NCBI GenBank assembly: GCA_965368975.1
Contig: CBDUPA010000001.1
Location: forward strand, 96,001 to 160,000
Direction: 5' to 3'
Length of the DNA: 64,000 bases
From: an uncultured bacterium
Lineage (GTDB): Bacteria; Acidobacteriota; Thermoanaerobaculia; Multivoradales; JAHZIX01
Positions within the stretch are counted from its first letter, which is position 1, and the number at the start of each line of letters is the position of its first letter. Positions 10,535-22,400 of this stretch are shown piece by piece. The translations under genes and the position numbers were made by a program. The notes below the pieces were generated by a model. It ran no database searches. It was not told where the DNA came from and saw only the letters and a list, made by a program, of their open reading frames with translations.

Positions 10535-13500
10535 ATGTCCCGTACCCTGACCGCGGAGGAGAAGCGACAGCTGCTCGCCGAAGTGCTGCGTCGCAAGGCC
10601 GCCGACGCACGCCGCGAGTTCCCGCTCAGCCACGGCCAGCAGGCACTCTGGTACCTGTACCGCCTGCGTCCGGAGGACACCTCCTACAATGCCCTGTTCG
10701 CGGTCCGCTTGCGCTCCGATTTCGATCGCGTGAAGCTGCGGGCCGCGTTCCAGGAGCTGGTCGACCGGCATCCGAGCCTGCGCACGGTGTACGGGGCAGG
10801 GCAGCAGGCCGGCGCGCCGGGCGGGGCTGCGCCGGGCGGGGCCGCGCCGGTGGTCGTGCAGCAGGTGCGGGACAAGGCTGTAGTGGCGTTTCGCGAGCAC
10901 GCGCTGGATGTCGACCTGAGCGAGGAAGAGATCCTCGAGCGGGTGCGCGCCGCGGCCTATCAGCCTTTCGATCTCGAGTCTGGGCCAGTTTTCCGGGTCG
11001 ACCTCTTCGTACGGACGCCCACGGATGCGGTACTGCTGTTCACCGCTCACCACATCGGGATCGACTTCTGGTCCTTCGGCATCATGCTCGAAGATGTGCT
11101 CGGGTTCTACCAGGCACGCACCGGCGGCGCCGATCGTCAGCGGCTGCCCGGATCGCCGTACGCCGACTTCGTGGAACGCCAGCGCACCTTGCTTGGCGGT
11201 CCCGAGGGAGAGCGCCTGTGGGCTTATTGGCAGCAGCGGCTGCAGGCACCACGTCCGGTGCTCGACTTGCCTACGGATCGTCCCCGACCCGCGGTGCAGA
11301 GCCACAACGGAGCGAGCCAGCCGCTGCCGCTCGATGCCCGCCGGACCGCCGCCTTGCGCCAGCTTGCCAAGAGTTGTCAGGCGACCTCCAATGCGGCCCT
11401 CTTGGCGGTGTTCTACGTGCTGCTGCAGCGCTACAGCGGGCAGCACGACCTGTTGGTGGGCTCGCCGATGGCCGGACGCACGCGCTCCGAGTTCGAACGC
11501 ACTGTCGGGCTGTTCGTCAATCTGGTCGTGTTGCGTGGCGATCTGAGCGGCGACCCGAGCTTCAGCGAGCTGATTCGGCGCACGCGTACGACCCTGCTCG
11601 GGGCCCTCGAACACCAGGAAGCTCCGTTCGCCTGGCTGGTCGAGAAGCTGGGGGTCGAGCGTGATCCCAGCCGTGGTCCGCTGGTGGATGTCGCCTTCGC
11701 CCTCGAGTCGAGTCGCATGGATCGACAGGGGATCTCGGCCCTGATGCTGGGCGAGGCCGAAGACCCGAACGCGGGCAAGGCGCGCGCCAGGCTGGCCGGT
11801 CTGGAACTCGAAGCCATGGACGTGACGCAGCAGGAGGGGCAGTTCGATCTGACCTTCCACTTGATGGAGCTGGGGGAGCGCATCGTCGGCGTCGCCAACT
11901 ACAACCGGGACCTGTTCGACGCGGCGACCATCGACCGCATGGCCGGCCACCTGCGCAACCTGCTGTCGGCTGCCGCGGACGATCCCGAGGCTCCGCTTTC
12001 GGCGCTGTCCATGCTCGCCGTCGCAGAGCGCGCGCAGCTGGTGCGTGATTTCAACCGGGAGAACCCGCCTCCCGCGATCTCCGCGGCGGATGCCACGGAG
12101 CTGCTACGGACCTCGGGCGCCCTCTTTTTTCCTGACCTCTTCGAGGCCCGCGCCGCAGCCTCACCCGACGCTCGGGCGGTGGTGGCGCCGTCCGAACGGC
12201 TGAGCTACCGTCAGCTCGATCGTCGGGCCAATGCTCTGGCCACGCGGCTGCGTCAGCGAGGTGTTGGTCCCGACGTGCCGGTCGGTGTCTACGCCACGCG
12301 CGATGCCGGCCTGGTCGTGGCTCTGATGGCAATCCTCAAAGCTGGCGGTGCCTACCTGCCGCTCGCTCCTGCCTATCCCGCCGATCGGCTGCGCTACATG
12401 CTCGCTGACTCCGGCGTGCGCTTGGTACTGAGCGAACAGGCGCTGGTTGGACGCTTGCCGGTCGTCGAAGGGGTTGATGTCCTGCTCCTGGACTCTGGTG
12501 CCTCGGCGGCCACCGGCCCACGGGCTGCCGAGGCCGCCACGCCGCCCGTGCGCCGGCTGGACGGCGAGCAACTCGCCTACGTCATCTACACCTCGGGGTC
12601 GACCGGTAAGCCCAAGGGCGTGATGCTGCGGCACGCGGGTCTGGCCAACCTGATGCGCGAACACCTGCGTTTGTTCGGCCTTGGGCCGAACGACCGTGTG
12701 TTGCAGTTCTCCTCGATCGGTTTCGACGCCTCGGTATGGGAGATGGTCAAGACGCTGGCCGCCGGTGCCGCTTTGCACCTGGCACCACGTGAAGCCATGC
12801 TGCCCGGACCGGACTTGATGGCCCTGCTGCAGGAGCGTGGCATCTCGATGGCGACGCTGACGCCCTCGGTCCTGGCTGTTCTGGAGCCTGAGAAGCTGCC
12901 ACGATTGCGCCAGATCGTGGCGGCTGGCGAGGCGTTGCCACCGTCGCTGGCGGCGCGTTGGAGTCGGGCGCTGACGGAACACGGTGGGCGCTTCGTCAAT
13001 GCCTACGGTCCCACCGAGACGACGGTGTGCACGACGCTGACCGTGGTGCCCGCCGAGGCCGACGTCAAGTTGACCATCGGCCGGCCGCTGGCCGGATTTC
13101 ACACGCTGGTGCTCGATCGGCACCAGCAACTGCAGCCGATCGGCGTACCCGGAGAGCTGTGCGCGGGTGGCGAAGGTCTGGCGCGCGGCTATCTGGGACA
13201 GCCCCGTCGCACCGCACTGGCCTTCGTGCCCGATCCCTACGCCGGTGAGGTCACGCTGGCAGGCAGTGAGCTGGCAGGCGGTGAGCTGGCAGGCGGTGAG
13301 CCGGTTGGTGGCGGTCGTCTCTACCGTACCGGCGACCTCGTTCGTCAGCTACCGGATGGGCGCATCGACTACCTCGGGCGCATTGACCACCAGGTCAAGC
13401 TACGAGGCTTCCGCATCGAGCTGGGCGAGATCGAGTCGGCTCTGCGGACGCAGGATGCCGTTGCCGAATGCCTGGTACTGGTCCACGAGATCGGCCGGCG

Positions 13501-16500
13501 CAAGGACTTGGTGGCGTTCGTCGTGGTGGTGCCGGAGCAGGCTCCACAGGCCGCGGCCACCGCAGCTTCCCTGCGTGATGCCCTTGGCGCCGACCTGCCC
13601 GAGTACATGGTGCCGGCGCGCATCGTGTTTCTCGACGAGTTGCCGGTCAACGCCAATGGCAAAGCTGATCGCCAAGCCCTGATCCGCCGCCTGGACGAGG
13701 AAGCTGCCAGCACCCGGGACCTGCGCCACGAGGTCGCGGCAGGAGCCGTCGGCGCTGCTGGTGCCGATGGGGAGGAGGCGTCGACGGGTACCTCTGGACC
13801 GGGCCACCAGGTGGTTACGGCGTCTGTCGCCACCGACCCGACGCTGCGCGGCCGCCTGGTGCGCATCGTCTCCGAGATCTGGTGCGACCTCTTGGGTCTT
13901 GACAGCGTGCGTCCGGGGGACAATTTTTTCGAGATCGGTGGCCACTCGCTGCTGCTCGCCGAGATGCAGCAGCTGCTGCAGCCGCGCCTTGATGAGTTGC
14001 AGCTGCAGCATCGCCTGAGCGCTGTCGAGTTGCTGCAGCACACCACGGTCAACAGCCTGGCGGCACACCTGACGTCGATGGCGCCGGCAGCTGCCGTGGC
14101 GACGGCTGCCGCCAGTAGCCCAGCACCGGTGACCGGGACGACGGCCGCCGCCGACGAGCCGATCGCCATCGTCGGCATGGCGGGGCGCTTCCCCGGCGCT
14201 GCCTCGGTGGACGAGTTCTGGAGCAACCTGCGCCAGGGGGTCGAGTCGATCACCTTCTTCGAGCGCGACGAGATCGAACTCGGGGGTCTGCTCGATGCCG
14301 ACCCCGATCACCCAGACTTTGTGGGCGCGGGTGGCGTGCTCGACGACATCGAGGGGTTCGACGCCGAGCTCTTCGGCTACAACCCGCGTGAAGCGGAAAT
14401 CCTCGACCCGCAGCAGCGCCTGTTCCTCGAACAGGCTTGGCGCGCTCTCGAGGCGGCGGCGCTCGATCCGAGCAGCTACCCGGGGCGCATCGGTGTTTTC
14501 GGCGGCGTCGGGGCGAGCACCTACTGGCAGTTCAACCTGGCCCTCAATCCGCAGTTGATGCGCTCGGTGGGTGGCTTCCAGGCTCTGGTCGGCAACGACA
14601 AGGACTTCCTGCCGACACGCGTCGCCTACAAGCTGGGCCTCACCGGACCGGCGGTCAACGTGCAGACGGCGTGTTCGACCTCGCTGGTCGCTGTGCACCT
14701 GGCGTGCGAGAGCCTGCGCCGCGGTGAGTGTGAGGTGGCGATGGCCGGCGGTGCCGCGGTACGCGTGCCGCACAAGAGTGGCTATGTCTATGCGCCGGGC
14801 ATGATCCTGTCGCGCGACGGTCACTGCCGGGCCTTCGACGCTGACGCCAGCGGTACGGTGGGCGGCAACGGCGTCGCCCTGGTGGTGCTCAAGCCGCTGA
14901 GCCGGGCGCTGGCGGACGGCGACCATGTGCACGCGGTGATCCGCGGCAGTGCAATCAACAACGATGGCGACCACAAGCTCGGCTATACCGCGCCCAGTGT
15001 CGAGGGGCAGGCCACCGTCATCCGCGCCGCCCTCGAGGCGGCGCAGGTCGACCCGGGCACGATCGGCTACGTCGAGGCCCACGGCACGGGCACCGAGCTG
15101 GGCGATCCGATCGAAGTCGAAGCCCTACACCGAGCCTGGCGCTCGCGGACACCGGATCTGCCGGCCGGGACTTGCGCGCTCGGCGCGGTCAAGACCAACG
15201 TCGGCCACTTGGACGCCGCGGCCGGCGTTACCGGTTTGATCAAGGCGGCACTGGCGATCGAGCACGGTGAACTGCCGCCCAGCCTCAATTTTCAGGCCCC
15301 CAATCCCAAGATCGACTTTGCCTCGACGCCCTTCTACGTCAATCGCGAACTGACGTCCTGGCGCATGGCGCCGGGGCCGGCCGCGCAGGAACTGGCCGCG
15401 CCGCGCCGGGCGGCGGTGAGTTCTTTCGGCATCGGTGGCACCAACGTCCACGCCATTCTCGAACAGGCACCGGCGGCGGTGACTTCGCAGCCGTTCGGAC
15501 GCGTCGACGCGCGGCCGGCACGCCTGCTGGTGTTGTCGGCGCACAAGCCCGCCGTGCTGGAGACCGCGCAGACGCAGCTGGCTGCTTGGCTCGAAGCGCA
15601 TCCGGACGCCGACCTGGCCGACGTCGCCTTCACGCTGCAAACCGGTCGTCGACCGCTCGAACATCGTCGAGCCTTGGTGGTGCGGGATCGCGGCGACGCC
15701 CTGGCGGTCCTGCGTGGCGAGGGCGAGGCGGTCGAGCGCCTGCTGGCCGGCCGTGGCGCCGGGCCGCGCCCGGTGGCGTTCTTGTTCCCGGGCCAGGGTT
15801 CGCAGCATCCCGGCATGGGGCGTGAGCTGTACGACATCGAGCCCGTGTTCCGGCAGGTGGTCGACGTCTGTGCCGAGGGGCTGCAGGCGCACATCGGTCT
15901 GGATCTACGCGACCTCCTCTTCCCGCCCTTGCAGGATGCGACCTCGCAGCAAGGGGTCTCGCCGGAGGCCGCCGCCCAGCGCTTGCGCGACACGCGTTTC
16001 ACGCAGCCGGCGCTGTTCACCATCGAGTTGGCCTGGGCGCGGCTGTGGCAGAGCTGGGGGGTCGAGCCGGTGGCGATGCTGGGTCACAGCATTGGTGAGT
16101 TCGTGGCCGCTCATCTGGCCGGGGTCTTCGACCTCGAGACCGCGCTGTCGCTGGTGGCGGCGCGCGGTGGCTTGATGGCCGAGCTCGAACCCGGCGCCAT
16201 GCTGAGTGTCGAACTGGACGAGGAGGTCTTGCGCGGCCGTCTGCAGTTGGCACCGGGCCTGGACTTGGCGGCGCTCAATGCGTCGGGGCTCTGCGTGGTG
16301 TCCGGACCGGCCGCCGAGGTCGACGCTTTCGCCGAGAGCCTGGACGCTGACGGTATCGAGAACCGGCGTCTGCACACCTCGCACGCTTTCCACTCGCGCT
16401 CGATGGAGCCTGCCGTGGCCGCCTTCCGCACGCTGGTGGCGAGCCGCCAGCTGAGCCCGCCGACCCGCCCCTTCATCTCCAACGTGACCGGGACCTGGAT

Positions 16501-19465
16501 CACGGCCGAGCAGGCGACGGCTGCCGACTACTGGGCGGGGCACCTGCGGCAGGCGGTGCGCTTCGCCGACGGCGTCGCGACGCTGCTGCAAGACCCTGAC
16601 ACGGTGCTGCTGGAAGTGGGACCCGGCAAGACGCTGAGCAGCTTGGCACGGCGCGTCGAGATGCCGGTGGCAGCCCGCGTGACGGCGATCGCCTCGGCCC
16701 GCCATCCGCGCGATGTCGACGGTGAGTTGGGCAGCGATGTTCTGCCGCAGTTGACCGCGCTGGCACGTCTGTGGCTGGCCGGTGTCGATGTCGCGTGGCC
16801 GGCTCTCTACGCGCAGACGAAGGATGACAGCGGTGGTCACGGGAGGTCCCAGGGCAGGCGTGCGCCGCGCCGGCTGCAGCTGCCTGGCTATCCCTTCCAG
16901 CGCCAGCGCCACTGGGTCGAGCCGACGGTGCGCTTGACGGATGTCGGTGTCGAGATCGTCACGGCTGCGCCCGGTGTCTCGACGGCTGGGGCTGGAGATA
17001 CGGCCGCGGCTTCCGCGCCGACCGCTGAGCTGCCCCCGGGACGCAACAACCGCCCCGAGTTGCCGACGGTCTACGCTGAGGCGCGCGATCCCGTCGAGGC
17101 GACACTGGTCCTGGTGTGGCAGGAACTGTTGGGCGTCGACCCGATCGGCGTCCACGACGACTTCCTCGACCTCGGTGGTCACTCGCTGCTCGGCACGCGT
17201 ATGCTGGCCCGCGTTCGCGACCGCTACGGCGTCGAGGTGCCGCTCGGTTCTTTGCTGCGCAAGCCGACCGTGTCGGCCCTGGCGTCCCTGATCGTTGATG
17301 CGCTGCCGCCCGAGCAGGCCGAGCGTGCGCTGTCAGCGTCGATGCAGGACACCGCCGCTGTCGCGACGCCCGCACCCGCCGCGGCGGGCGAGCCGGTCGT
17401 GAGTTCGGTACAGGTCGAGGGACCAGCGGCTGGTGGCGATGCTGCGCTGCTGGCGCCCGAGGCGACGCGAGAAGCGCGCGCCGACCTGGCCGACTGGTTC
17501 TACCGCTCCGCCTGGCGCCGAGATGCGCTACCCGTGACCGCCTGGCAGGCTCCGGCCGGCCTCGATTGGCTGATCTTCGTCGACTCCGGCGGTCTTGGAG
17601 AGGTGTTGACCGCACGGCTGCGTCGCGAAGGCCAACGTGTCACCACCGTGCAGGCCGGCCCGGGCTTTCACCGGCTCGGGGACGACACCTTCGTGGTGGC
17701 CCCGGAGACAGCCGAAGACCATCGTCGCCTGCTGCGCGACCTGGCCACCGCTGGCCGTCGGCCGCAGCGGATCGTCCACCTGTGGAGCTTCGACGCCGCA
17801 GTCGAAGCGACAGCCGCTACCGCTGCCGACTCGTCGCAGGGGACGCCTGCTGTCGCCAGTGTAGAGGCCCGTCTAGAGGGGACCAGTTCAAAGGGAACCA
17901 GTTCAAAGGGAACAAGTCTCGAAACCGTCGTGGCACGGTTGGAGCGGCAAGCCCAGCGCACGTTCTTCGCCCCCCTACACCTGTTGCAGGCGCTCGAAGA
18001 GATGCGTGACGATCAGCCGCTGCAGCTCAACTTCCTGGCTACCGGTCTGCAGCACTTGCAGGCAGGCGATCGCGTGCTCCCCGAGCAAGCTCTGCTGCTC
18101 GGTCCCGCCCGCGTGGCGCCGATCGAAGATCCGCGCTTGGCCTGCCGCGTGCTGGATCTCGAGGCCGCGGTTGCCTGGTCGGACAGTGCACACCTCGATC
18201 GTCTACTCGCCGAGTTGGGCGTACCGGTCGCCGCAGGGGAGATGGAGCTGGTGGCGTTGCGCGCCGGCGAACGCTGGTGCGAGGCCTTCGAGCCGCTGCA
18301 CCTCGAGGTTCCAGCCGAGGAGACCGTGCCCCTGCGGGCTGGCGGGACCTACGTGGTCACCGGTGGTCTCGGCGGCATCGGCTTCACCCTGGCGCGTCAC
18401 CTGGCGGAGCACTACCAGGCACGCTTGGTCCTCACTGGTCGCTCCGACCTCGGGCCCGAGGCCACCTGGCAGCAGCGCCATGACGATCCGGCCACATCAC
18501 CGGCCCAGCGGCGCAAGCTGGCGCGTCTGCTCGAACTGCGCCGCCTGGGAGCGGTGGTCGACGTGCGCACCGCGGACGTCACCGACGCCTCGCAGATGCG
18601 CTCGGTGCTGGCGCGTGCGCTCGAGCACCACGGCCGCGTCGACGGTGTGATCCATGCCGCCGGGGTCCCCGGTGGTGGCACCCTGCAACGCAAGCGAGAC
18701 GACGACGCGCGCTCGGTGCTGGCGCCCAAGGTCAGTGGCACCGTGGTGCTCGCGGCCCTGCTGTCTGAACTCACCGGCGTGTCCGAGCAGCGGCCCTTCC
18801 TGCTGCTGTGCTCGTCGCTGGCGACCAGCTGCGGCGTCTTCGGCCAGGGCGACTACAGCGCCGCCAATGCCTTCCAGGACGCCTGGGCCCAGGCCCACGG
18901 GGCTTCGACGGCGGCGGGCTCGGCCGATGGGCCGCGCGTGCTGGCGATCGACTGGGACAGCTGGCGCGAGCTGGGGATGGCCGCCGAGTCCGAGGTCCCA
19001 CCCGACTTGCGCGCGGCACAACAGGCAATGCTCGCCAACGCCGTTGCACCTACCGAGGGAGCCGAGGTCTTCCGCCGGGCTCTCGCCAGCCGCGAGAGCC
19101 GGCTGCTGGTGGCAACCGTCGACTTGCAGGCCCGTGGCCGGCAGCTGCGGGGCCTGGATCCCGGTACGGCCGGTGCAGCAGGCACCGCGACGGTGCCGCC
19201 GCCGGCTACCGTCGATGCCTCCGCAGGCGACGCGCCGGCGGCCGCCCCGGCGCCAGTTCAGCCAGCAACCGTCCCGCCGGCGACCTTCCGGCCAGCAAAC
19301 GTGGGCGCCACCTCCGCCCCGGCAGGCTTGGGTGCCGGTGTGGCCGATCTGGTCGATCTCGACAGTACCGACGATGACTTGATCCCGGATATCGGGGATC
19401 TCGCCGACGAGCAGGTCGATGCCCTGCTGGTTGGCTTGTTGCAGCAACAGGAGCCGAGTGCATGA
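10535..19465 (+). CDS. Hybrid NRPS-PKS: C-A(Phe-like)-PCP-KS-AT(malonyl)-ACP-KR
   Basis: C HHIGIDFWS. A code read as DAWTVAAVCK. PCP IGGHSLL. Hybrid-type KS VQTACSTS/HGTGT/NVGHLD. AT GHSIG/HAFH. Carrier LGGHSLL (~17090-17295). KR TGGLGGIG...HAAG...YSAAN (~18340-19100). ATG 10535 preceded by GGAGGAGG. Confidence 0.93.
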   Translation: MSRTLTAEEKRQLLAEVLRRKAADARREFPLSHGQQALWYLYRLRPEDTSYNALFAVRLRSDFDRVKLRAAFQELVDRHPSLRTVYGAGQQAGAPGGAAPGGAAPVVVQQVRDKAVVAFREHALDVDLSEEEILERVRAAAYQPFDLESGPVFRVDLFVRTPTDAVLLFTAHHIGIDFWSFGIMLEDVLGFYQARTGGADRQRLPGSPYADFVERQRTLLGGPEGERLWAYWQQRLQAPRPVLDLPTDRPRPAVQSHNGASQPLPLDARRTAALRQLAKSCQATSNAALLAVFYVLLQRYSGQHDLLVGSPMAGRTRSEFERTVGLFVNLVVLRGDLSGDPSFSELIRRTRTTLLGALEHQEAPFAWLVEKLGVERDPSRGPLVDVAFALESSRMDRQGISALMLGEAEDPNAGKARARLAGLELEAMDVTQQEGQFDLTFHLMELGERIVGVANYNRDLFDAATIDRMAGHLRNLLSAAADDPEAPLSALSMLAVAERAQLVRDFNRENPPPAISAADATELLRTSGALFFPDLFEARAAASPDARAVVAPSERLSYRQLDRRANALATRLRQRGVGPDVPVGVYATRDAGLVVALMAILKAGGAYLPLAPAYPADRLRYMLADSGVRLVLSEQALVGRLPVVEGVDVLLLDSGASAATGPRAAEAATPPVRRLDGEQLAYVIYTSGSTGKPKGVMLRHAGLANLMREHLRLFGLGPNDRVLQFSSIGFDASVWEMVKTLAAGAALHLAPREAMLPGPDLMALLQERGISMATLTPSVLAVLEPEKLPRLRQIVAAGEALPPSLAARWSRALTEHGGRFVNAYGPTETTVCTTLTVVPAEADVKLTIGRPLAGFHTLVLDRHQQLQPIGVPGELCAGGEGLARGYLGQPRRTALAFVPDPYAGEVTLAGSELAGGELAGGEPVGGGRLYRTGDLVRQLPDGRIDYLGRIDHQVKLRGFRIELGEIESALRTQDAVAECLVLVHEIGRRKDLVAFVVVVPEQAPQAAATAASLRDALGADLPEYMVPARIVFLDELPVNANGKADRQALIRRLDEEAASTRDLRHEVAAGAVGAAGADGEEASTGTSGPGHQVVTASVATDPTLRGRLVRIVSEIWCDLLGLDSVRPGDNFFEIGGHSLLLAEMQQLLQPRLDELQLQHRLSAVELLQHTTVNSLAAHLTSMAPAAAVATAAASSPAPVTGTTAAADEPIAIVGMAGRFPGAASVDEFWSNLRQGVESITFFERDEIELGGLLDADPDHPDFVGAGGVLDDIEGFDAELFGYNPREAEILDPQQRLFLEQAWRALEAAALDPSSYPGRIGVFGGVGASTYWQFNLALNPQLMRSVGGFQALVGNDKDFLPTRVAYKLGLTGPAVNVQTACSTSLVAVHLACESLRRGECEVAMAGGAAVRVPHKSGYVYAPGMILSRDGHCRAFDADASGTVGGNGVALVVLKPLSRALADGDHVHAVIRGSAINNDGDHKLGYTAPSVEGQATVIRAALEAAQVDPGTIGYVEAHGTGTELGDPIEVEALHRAWRSRTPDLPAGTCALGAVKTNVGHLDAAAGVTGLIKAALAIEHGELPPSLNFQAPNPKIDFASTPFYVNRELTSWRMAPGPAAQELAAPRRAAVSSFGIGGTNVHAILEQAPAAVTSQPFGRVDARPARLLVLSAHKPAVLETAQTQLAAWLEAHPDADLADVAFTLQTGRRPLEHRRALVVRDRGDALAVLRGEGEAVERLLAGRGAGPRPVAFLFPGQGSQHPGMGRELYDIEPVFRQVVDVCAEGLQAHIGLDLRDLLFPPLQDATSQQGVSPEAAAQRLRDTRFTQPALFTIELAWARLWQSWGVEPVAMLGHSIGEFVAAHLAGVFDLETALSLVAARGGLMAELEPGAMLSVELDEEVLRGRLQLAPGLDLAALNASGLCVVSGPAAEVDAFAESLDADGIENRRLHTSHAFHSRSMEPAVAAFRTLVASRQLSPPTRPFISNVTGTWITAEQATAADYWAGHLRQAVRFADGVATLLQDPDTVLLEVGPGKTLSSLARRVEMPVAARVTAIASARHPRDVDGELGSDVLPQLTALARLWLAGVDVAWPALYAQTKDDSGGHGRSQGRRAPRRLQLPGYPFQRQRHWVEPTVRLTDVGVEIVTAAPGVSTAGAGDTAAASAPTAELPPGRNNRPELPTVYAEARDPVEATLVLVWQELLGVDPIGVHDDFLDLGGHSLLGTRMLARVRDRYGVEVPLGSLLRKPTVSALASLIVDALPPEQAERALSASMQDTAAVATPAPAAAGEPVVSSVQVEGPAAGGDAALLAPEATREARADLADWFYRSAWRRDALPVTAWQAPAGLDWLIFVDSGGLGEVLTARLRREGQRVTTVQAGPGFHRLGDDTFVVAPETAEDHRRLLRDLATAGRRPQRIVHLWSFDAAVEATAATAADSSQGTPAVASVEARLEGTSSKGTSSKGTSLETVVARLERQAQRTFFAPLHLLQALEEMRDDQPLQLNFLATGLQHLQAGDRVLPEQALLLGPARVAPIEDPRLACRVLDLEAAVAWSDSAHLDRLLAELGVPVAAGEMELVALRAGERWCEAFEPLHLEVPAEETVPLRAGGTYVVTGGLGGIGFTLARHLAEHYQARLVLTGRSDLGPEATWQQRHDDPATSPAQRRKLARLLELRRLGAVVDVRTADVTDASQMRSVLARALEHHGRVDGVIHAAGVPGGGTLQRKRDDDARSVLAPKVSGTVVLAALLSELTGVSEQRPFLLLCSSLATSCGVFGQGDYSAANAFQDAWAQAHGASTAAGSADGPRVLAIDWDSWRELGMAAESEVPPDLRAAQQAMLANAVAPTEGAEVFRRALASRESRLLVATVDLQARGRQLRGLDPGTAGAAGTATVPPPATVDASAGDAPAAAPAPVQPATVPPATFRPANVGATSAPAGLGAGVADLVDLDSTDDDLIPDIGDLADEQVDALLVGLLQQQEPSA

Positions 19466-22400
19466 GTGATCGACCGCGTCCGGAGCAGCTGTCTCCGGCA
19501 GAGAAGAGAGAGCTGTTGGCGAAGTTGATGCGTCAGCGTGACCAGGGTGGCCCGCGCTTTCATCCACTTTCCTTCGCCCAGCAGCGACTGTGGTTCCTCG
19601 ATCGCCTCGATCCTTCGGGCCGTCACCATCGCATCTACCAGGCGTTCCAGCTGCGTGGCGCCTTGCGACCGCAGTTCCTGCACCGCGCGCTGCAGGCCAT
19701 CGTCGACCGGCACGACAGTCTGCGCACCTTCTTCGTCACCACTGCGGGCAAGCCGGCCGCGGCGGTGGCACCAGGGCTGCGCCTGCGTCTGCCCGTGCTC
19801 GACCTGCACCTGACAACGTGGGCAAAGCCGGGCGACGCGCAGCAGACGGAAGAAGCCGTCCTGCAACGAGCGCTCGAGCGCCCCTTTCAGCTCGACCGCG
19901 GGCCGCTGCTGCGCTGCACTCTGCTGCGCTGCTCCGAGGACCGGCACCTGCTGCTGGTGGAGATGCACCACATCATTTCCGATGCCTGGTCGGTCGGTGT
20001 GCTGCTGCGCGAGCTGGCGGCACTCTACGATGCACAGGTGCGCGCCGCGACCAGCCAGCAAGCACCGGCCCCAGGTCTGGCCGACGCTCTGCCACCGCTG
20101 CGCGCGCAGTATCCGAGCTACGCTCGCTGGCAGCGCCAGCGCCTGCAGGGGGACTTGCTGGCCGAGAACTTGGCCTGGTGGCGCCAGCAGCTGGCGGCGC
20201 TGCCAGCGCTGCTCGAGTTGCCGCTCGATCGACCGCGACCGCCGGTACAGAGCCACCATGGCGGCGTGCTGCCGGTGCACTGGCCGGCGCACCTCTACGA
20301 GCGCGTGCGCGAGCTGGGGCGGCGCAACGGTGCTAGTGCCTTCGTCGTGCTGCTGGCCGCCTTCCAGGCCTTCCTCGGCCGCCTGACCGGCGCCCGCGAC
20401 CTCGCCGTTGGCACACCGGTGGCGGGCCGCGACCGCTCGGAGCTGGAAGGGCTGATCGGCTTCTTCATCAACAGCTTGGTGCTGCGCGCCAATCTGCAGG
20501 GCGACTCCCCGGCCGGCCCTGGCTTCGACAGCTTCCTGCGGCGCACGCGCGACGCCTTCCTGGGCGCGTTCGACCACTCCCAGGTACCCTTCGATCGGCT
20601 GGTCGAAGAACTCAAGCCCGAGCGCAACCTGAGCTACCATCCGCTGTACCAGGTCGACTTCCAGCTACAGGCCGAGCCGGTGCCGCCGCTGGAGCTGAGT
20701 GGCCTGGTGATCGAGCCGCGCTTCCTCGACGCCGGTCTCACTGGTTTCGACCTTGCGGTGCAGCTGGAGGCGCAGCCGGACGGCTCGGTCGCCGGTTGGG
20801 TCCAGCACGGCACCGCCATCCTCGACCGCAGCACGGTCGAGCGCTGGCTGCGCGGCTACCGCACGCTGGTCGAGTCGGCCCTCGACACTCCCGCCGGTTG
20901 CCTGTTCGAGCTGTCCGTGCTGACCGCAGCCGAGCGGCACCAGCTGGTGCGCGAGTGGAACGACACCGAAACGGCGTTCGAGGACCTCTTCGAGGATCCG
21001 TCGCACGGTGCCTTCGTGCGCGAGACGCTGCTGCACCGGGCCTTTGAAGCGCAGGCGGCGGCAGTACCCGACGCGCCGGCACTGACCTTCCGCGGCGACA
21101 CCTGGAGCTACCGTCAGCTCGACCAGCGGGCCAATCGCCTGGCCCACTACCTGCGGCGCCTCGGCGTCAGACGGGAAACCCGCGTCGCGGTGTGCCTGGA
21201 GCGCAGCCACGAACTGGTGGTAGCCCTCTACGCCGTGCTCAAGGCCGGCGGCGCCTACGTGCCGGTGGATCCTGGCTATCCCGCCGAGCGCCTGGAGTTC
21301 CTGCTGCGCGACGCCGCGGCGCCAGTTCTGCTGACGCAAGAGCGCCTGCTTGGGGATCTGGGGCTCGAGGATCAGGGCGTCGAGGGCCTGTGCCTGGATC
21401 GCGACTGGCCGCGCATCGAGCAGGCCGTCGACGCGACACGCGCCGAGGAACCGCCGCGCGTCGAGCTACAGCCGGAGAACGCCGCCTACGTCATCTACAC
21501 CTCGGGCTCGACCGGCCAGCCCAAGGGCGCCGTCAACCGTCACCTGAGCATCGACAACCGCCTGGCCTGGATGCAGCGGGCCTACCCGCTCGACGCCAGC
21601 GACGTGGTGCTGCAGAAGACACCGTTCAGCTTCGACGTCTCGGTGTGGGAGTTCTTCTGGCCGCTGCGCCAGGGCGCCCGCCTGGTGATGGCTGAACCCG
21701 GCGGCCACCAGGATCCGGCGTACTTGATTCGCACCGTCGCCGCCGAGGGCGTCACGACGATGCACTTCGTGCCCTCGATGCTGCAGTTGTTCGTCGATCA
21801 CCCGCGAGCCGCCGACGCGAACGCGGCGCTGCGGCGGGTCTTCTGCAGTGGAGAAGCACTACCGCCGGAGCTGGTGCAGCGTTTCTTCGAACGCGTCGGG
21901 GTGCGTCCAGGGCAGACTGCGATCGAGCTGCACAACCTCTACGGTCCGACCGAGGCGGCGGTCGACGTCACGTACGAACCGTGTTCTCCGGGCAAGATCG
22001 GCCACTCGGTGGCGATCGGCCGGCCAGTGGCCAACACCAGCGTGGTGGTGCTCGACTCAGCACGCCGGCCGCTGCCGATCGGCGTCGCCGGTGAGCTGTT
22101 CCTGGGCGGTGTGCAACTGGCGCGCGGCTACCACCGACGTCCCAGCCTGACGGCCCAGCGCTTCGTGCCCGACCCGCTGGCCACTTCTGGACCCGGAAGT
22201 CGCCTCTACGCCACCGGCGATGAGACGCGGCTGCTGCCCGATGGCCGCGTCGAGTTCCTCGGGCGCATCGACTTCCAGGTCAAGCTGCGCGGTCTGCGCA
22301 TCGAGCTGGGTGAGATCGAGGCGGCGCTGCGCACGGCCGAGGTCGACGGACGAACTCTGGTGCACGAGGCACTGGTCTTGGTGCTCGACGCAGCCTCCGG

